A DNA stretch of 64,000 bases from Cyanidioschyzon merolae. Lineage: Eukaryota. The stretch lies in assembly GCA_000091205.1 (NCBI GenBank), contig AP006496.2; one strand, written 5' to 3'. The notes beneath the pieces are model-generated. The model searched no databases, had not been told where the DNA came from, and saw nothing but the letters and a program-made list of their open reading frames with translations. Below are positions 63,714-64,000 of the stretch, piece by piece. Position 1 is the stretch's first letter; each line of letters starts with the position of its first letter. The position numbers and the translations under genes are program-made.

Positions 63714-64000
63714 ACGAGTGAGAACTTTGGGGACAACCTCTCAGCGTGGGACTATATGAGAAAAAGCTGGAAGCAGTAGTGAGTGGCCGCCCCCAAAAAA
63801 CCGGGAGGCACCTGCACGACAGTTGGAGGCTTCTTGTCTAGGGCGGGCTTCGCGCCACTACTGTACAAGGTCGGCATCGTTTTTCTTTTGAAAGACGTTT
63901 GTTTCCAGGGGTGGCTCCTAGTATATTGCTTCGCGCTGCCGCAGGCACTAGTCCTGTATGCGCAATTTCAGGCTCCCAGAATGATAAGGAATCCCGATTC

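Overview
The window is GC-rich (roughly 55-60% by eye) and looks eukaryotic. Genes appear as long uninterrupted ORFs on both strands, at about one gene per 3-4 kb from ~19 kb onward, which suggests an intron-poor protist or alga. Recognisable nuclear genes are: a mitochondrial ADP/ATP carrier; ATP-synthase subunit g; 6-phosphofructo-2-kinase/fructose-2,6-bisphosphatase; a RelA/SpoT homologue (RSH); a GPR107/Lung-7TM-like receptor; a Sec1/Munc18 (SM) family protein with an unusual N-terminal fusion; a QueG-like epoxyqueuosine reductase; a Slo/BK-like K+ channel with RCK region; an HSDL2-like short-chain dehydrogenase; an SF3a subunit-2-like zinc-finger protein; a GH37 trehalase; and an Mpo1/DUF962-like membrane protein. 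The first ~19 kb is gene-poor and repeat-rich: a (CATTGG)n microsatellite, two ~114-115-bp tandem arrays, and three >98 %-identical copies of a ~1.1-1.26 kb dispersed repeat. Two inverted, near-identical ~1.41 kb Tc1/mariner/IS630-like transposon remnants (HTH-only transposase) bracket a 10.5 kb gene block at 28.5-41.9 kb. The most interesting locus is at 61.8-63.7 kb, a Fanzor/TnpB-like RuvC nuclease gene read across three frames. It has a RuvC-I 'VVGADLGNTN' motif, a C-x4-C zinc finger and a C-terminal '…GDFNAAINI' RuvC-III motif. A 72-bp tandem insertion sits just upstream of RuvC-I, and a candidate guide-RNA (ωRNA) region lies at the window edge. All calls rest on motif recognition by eye; no database search could be run.
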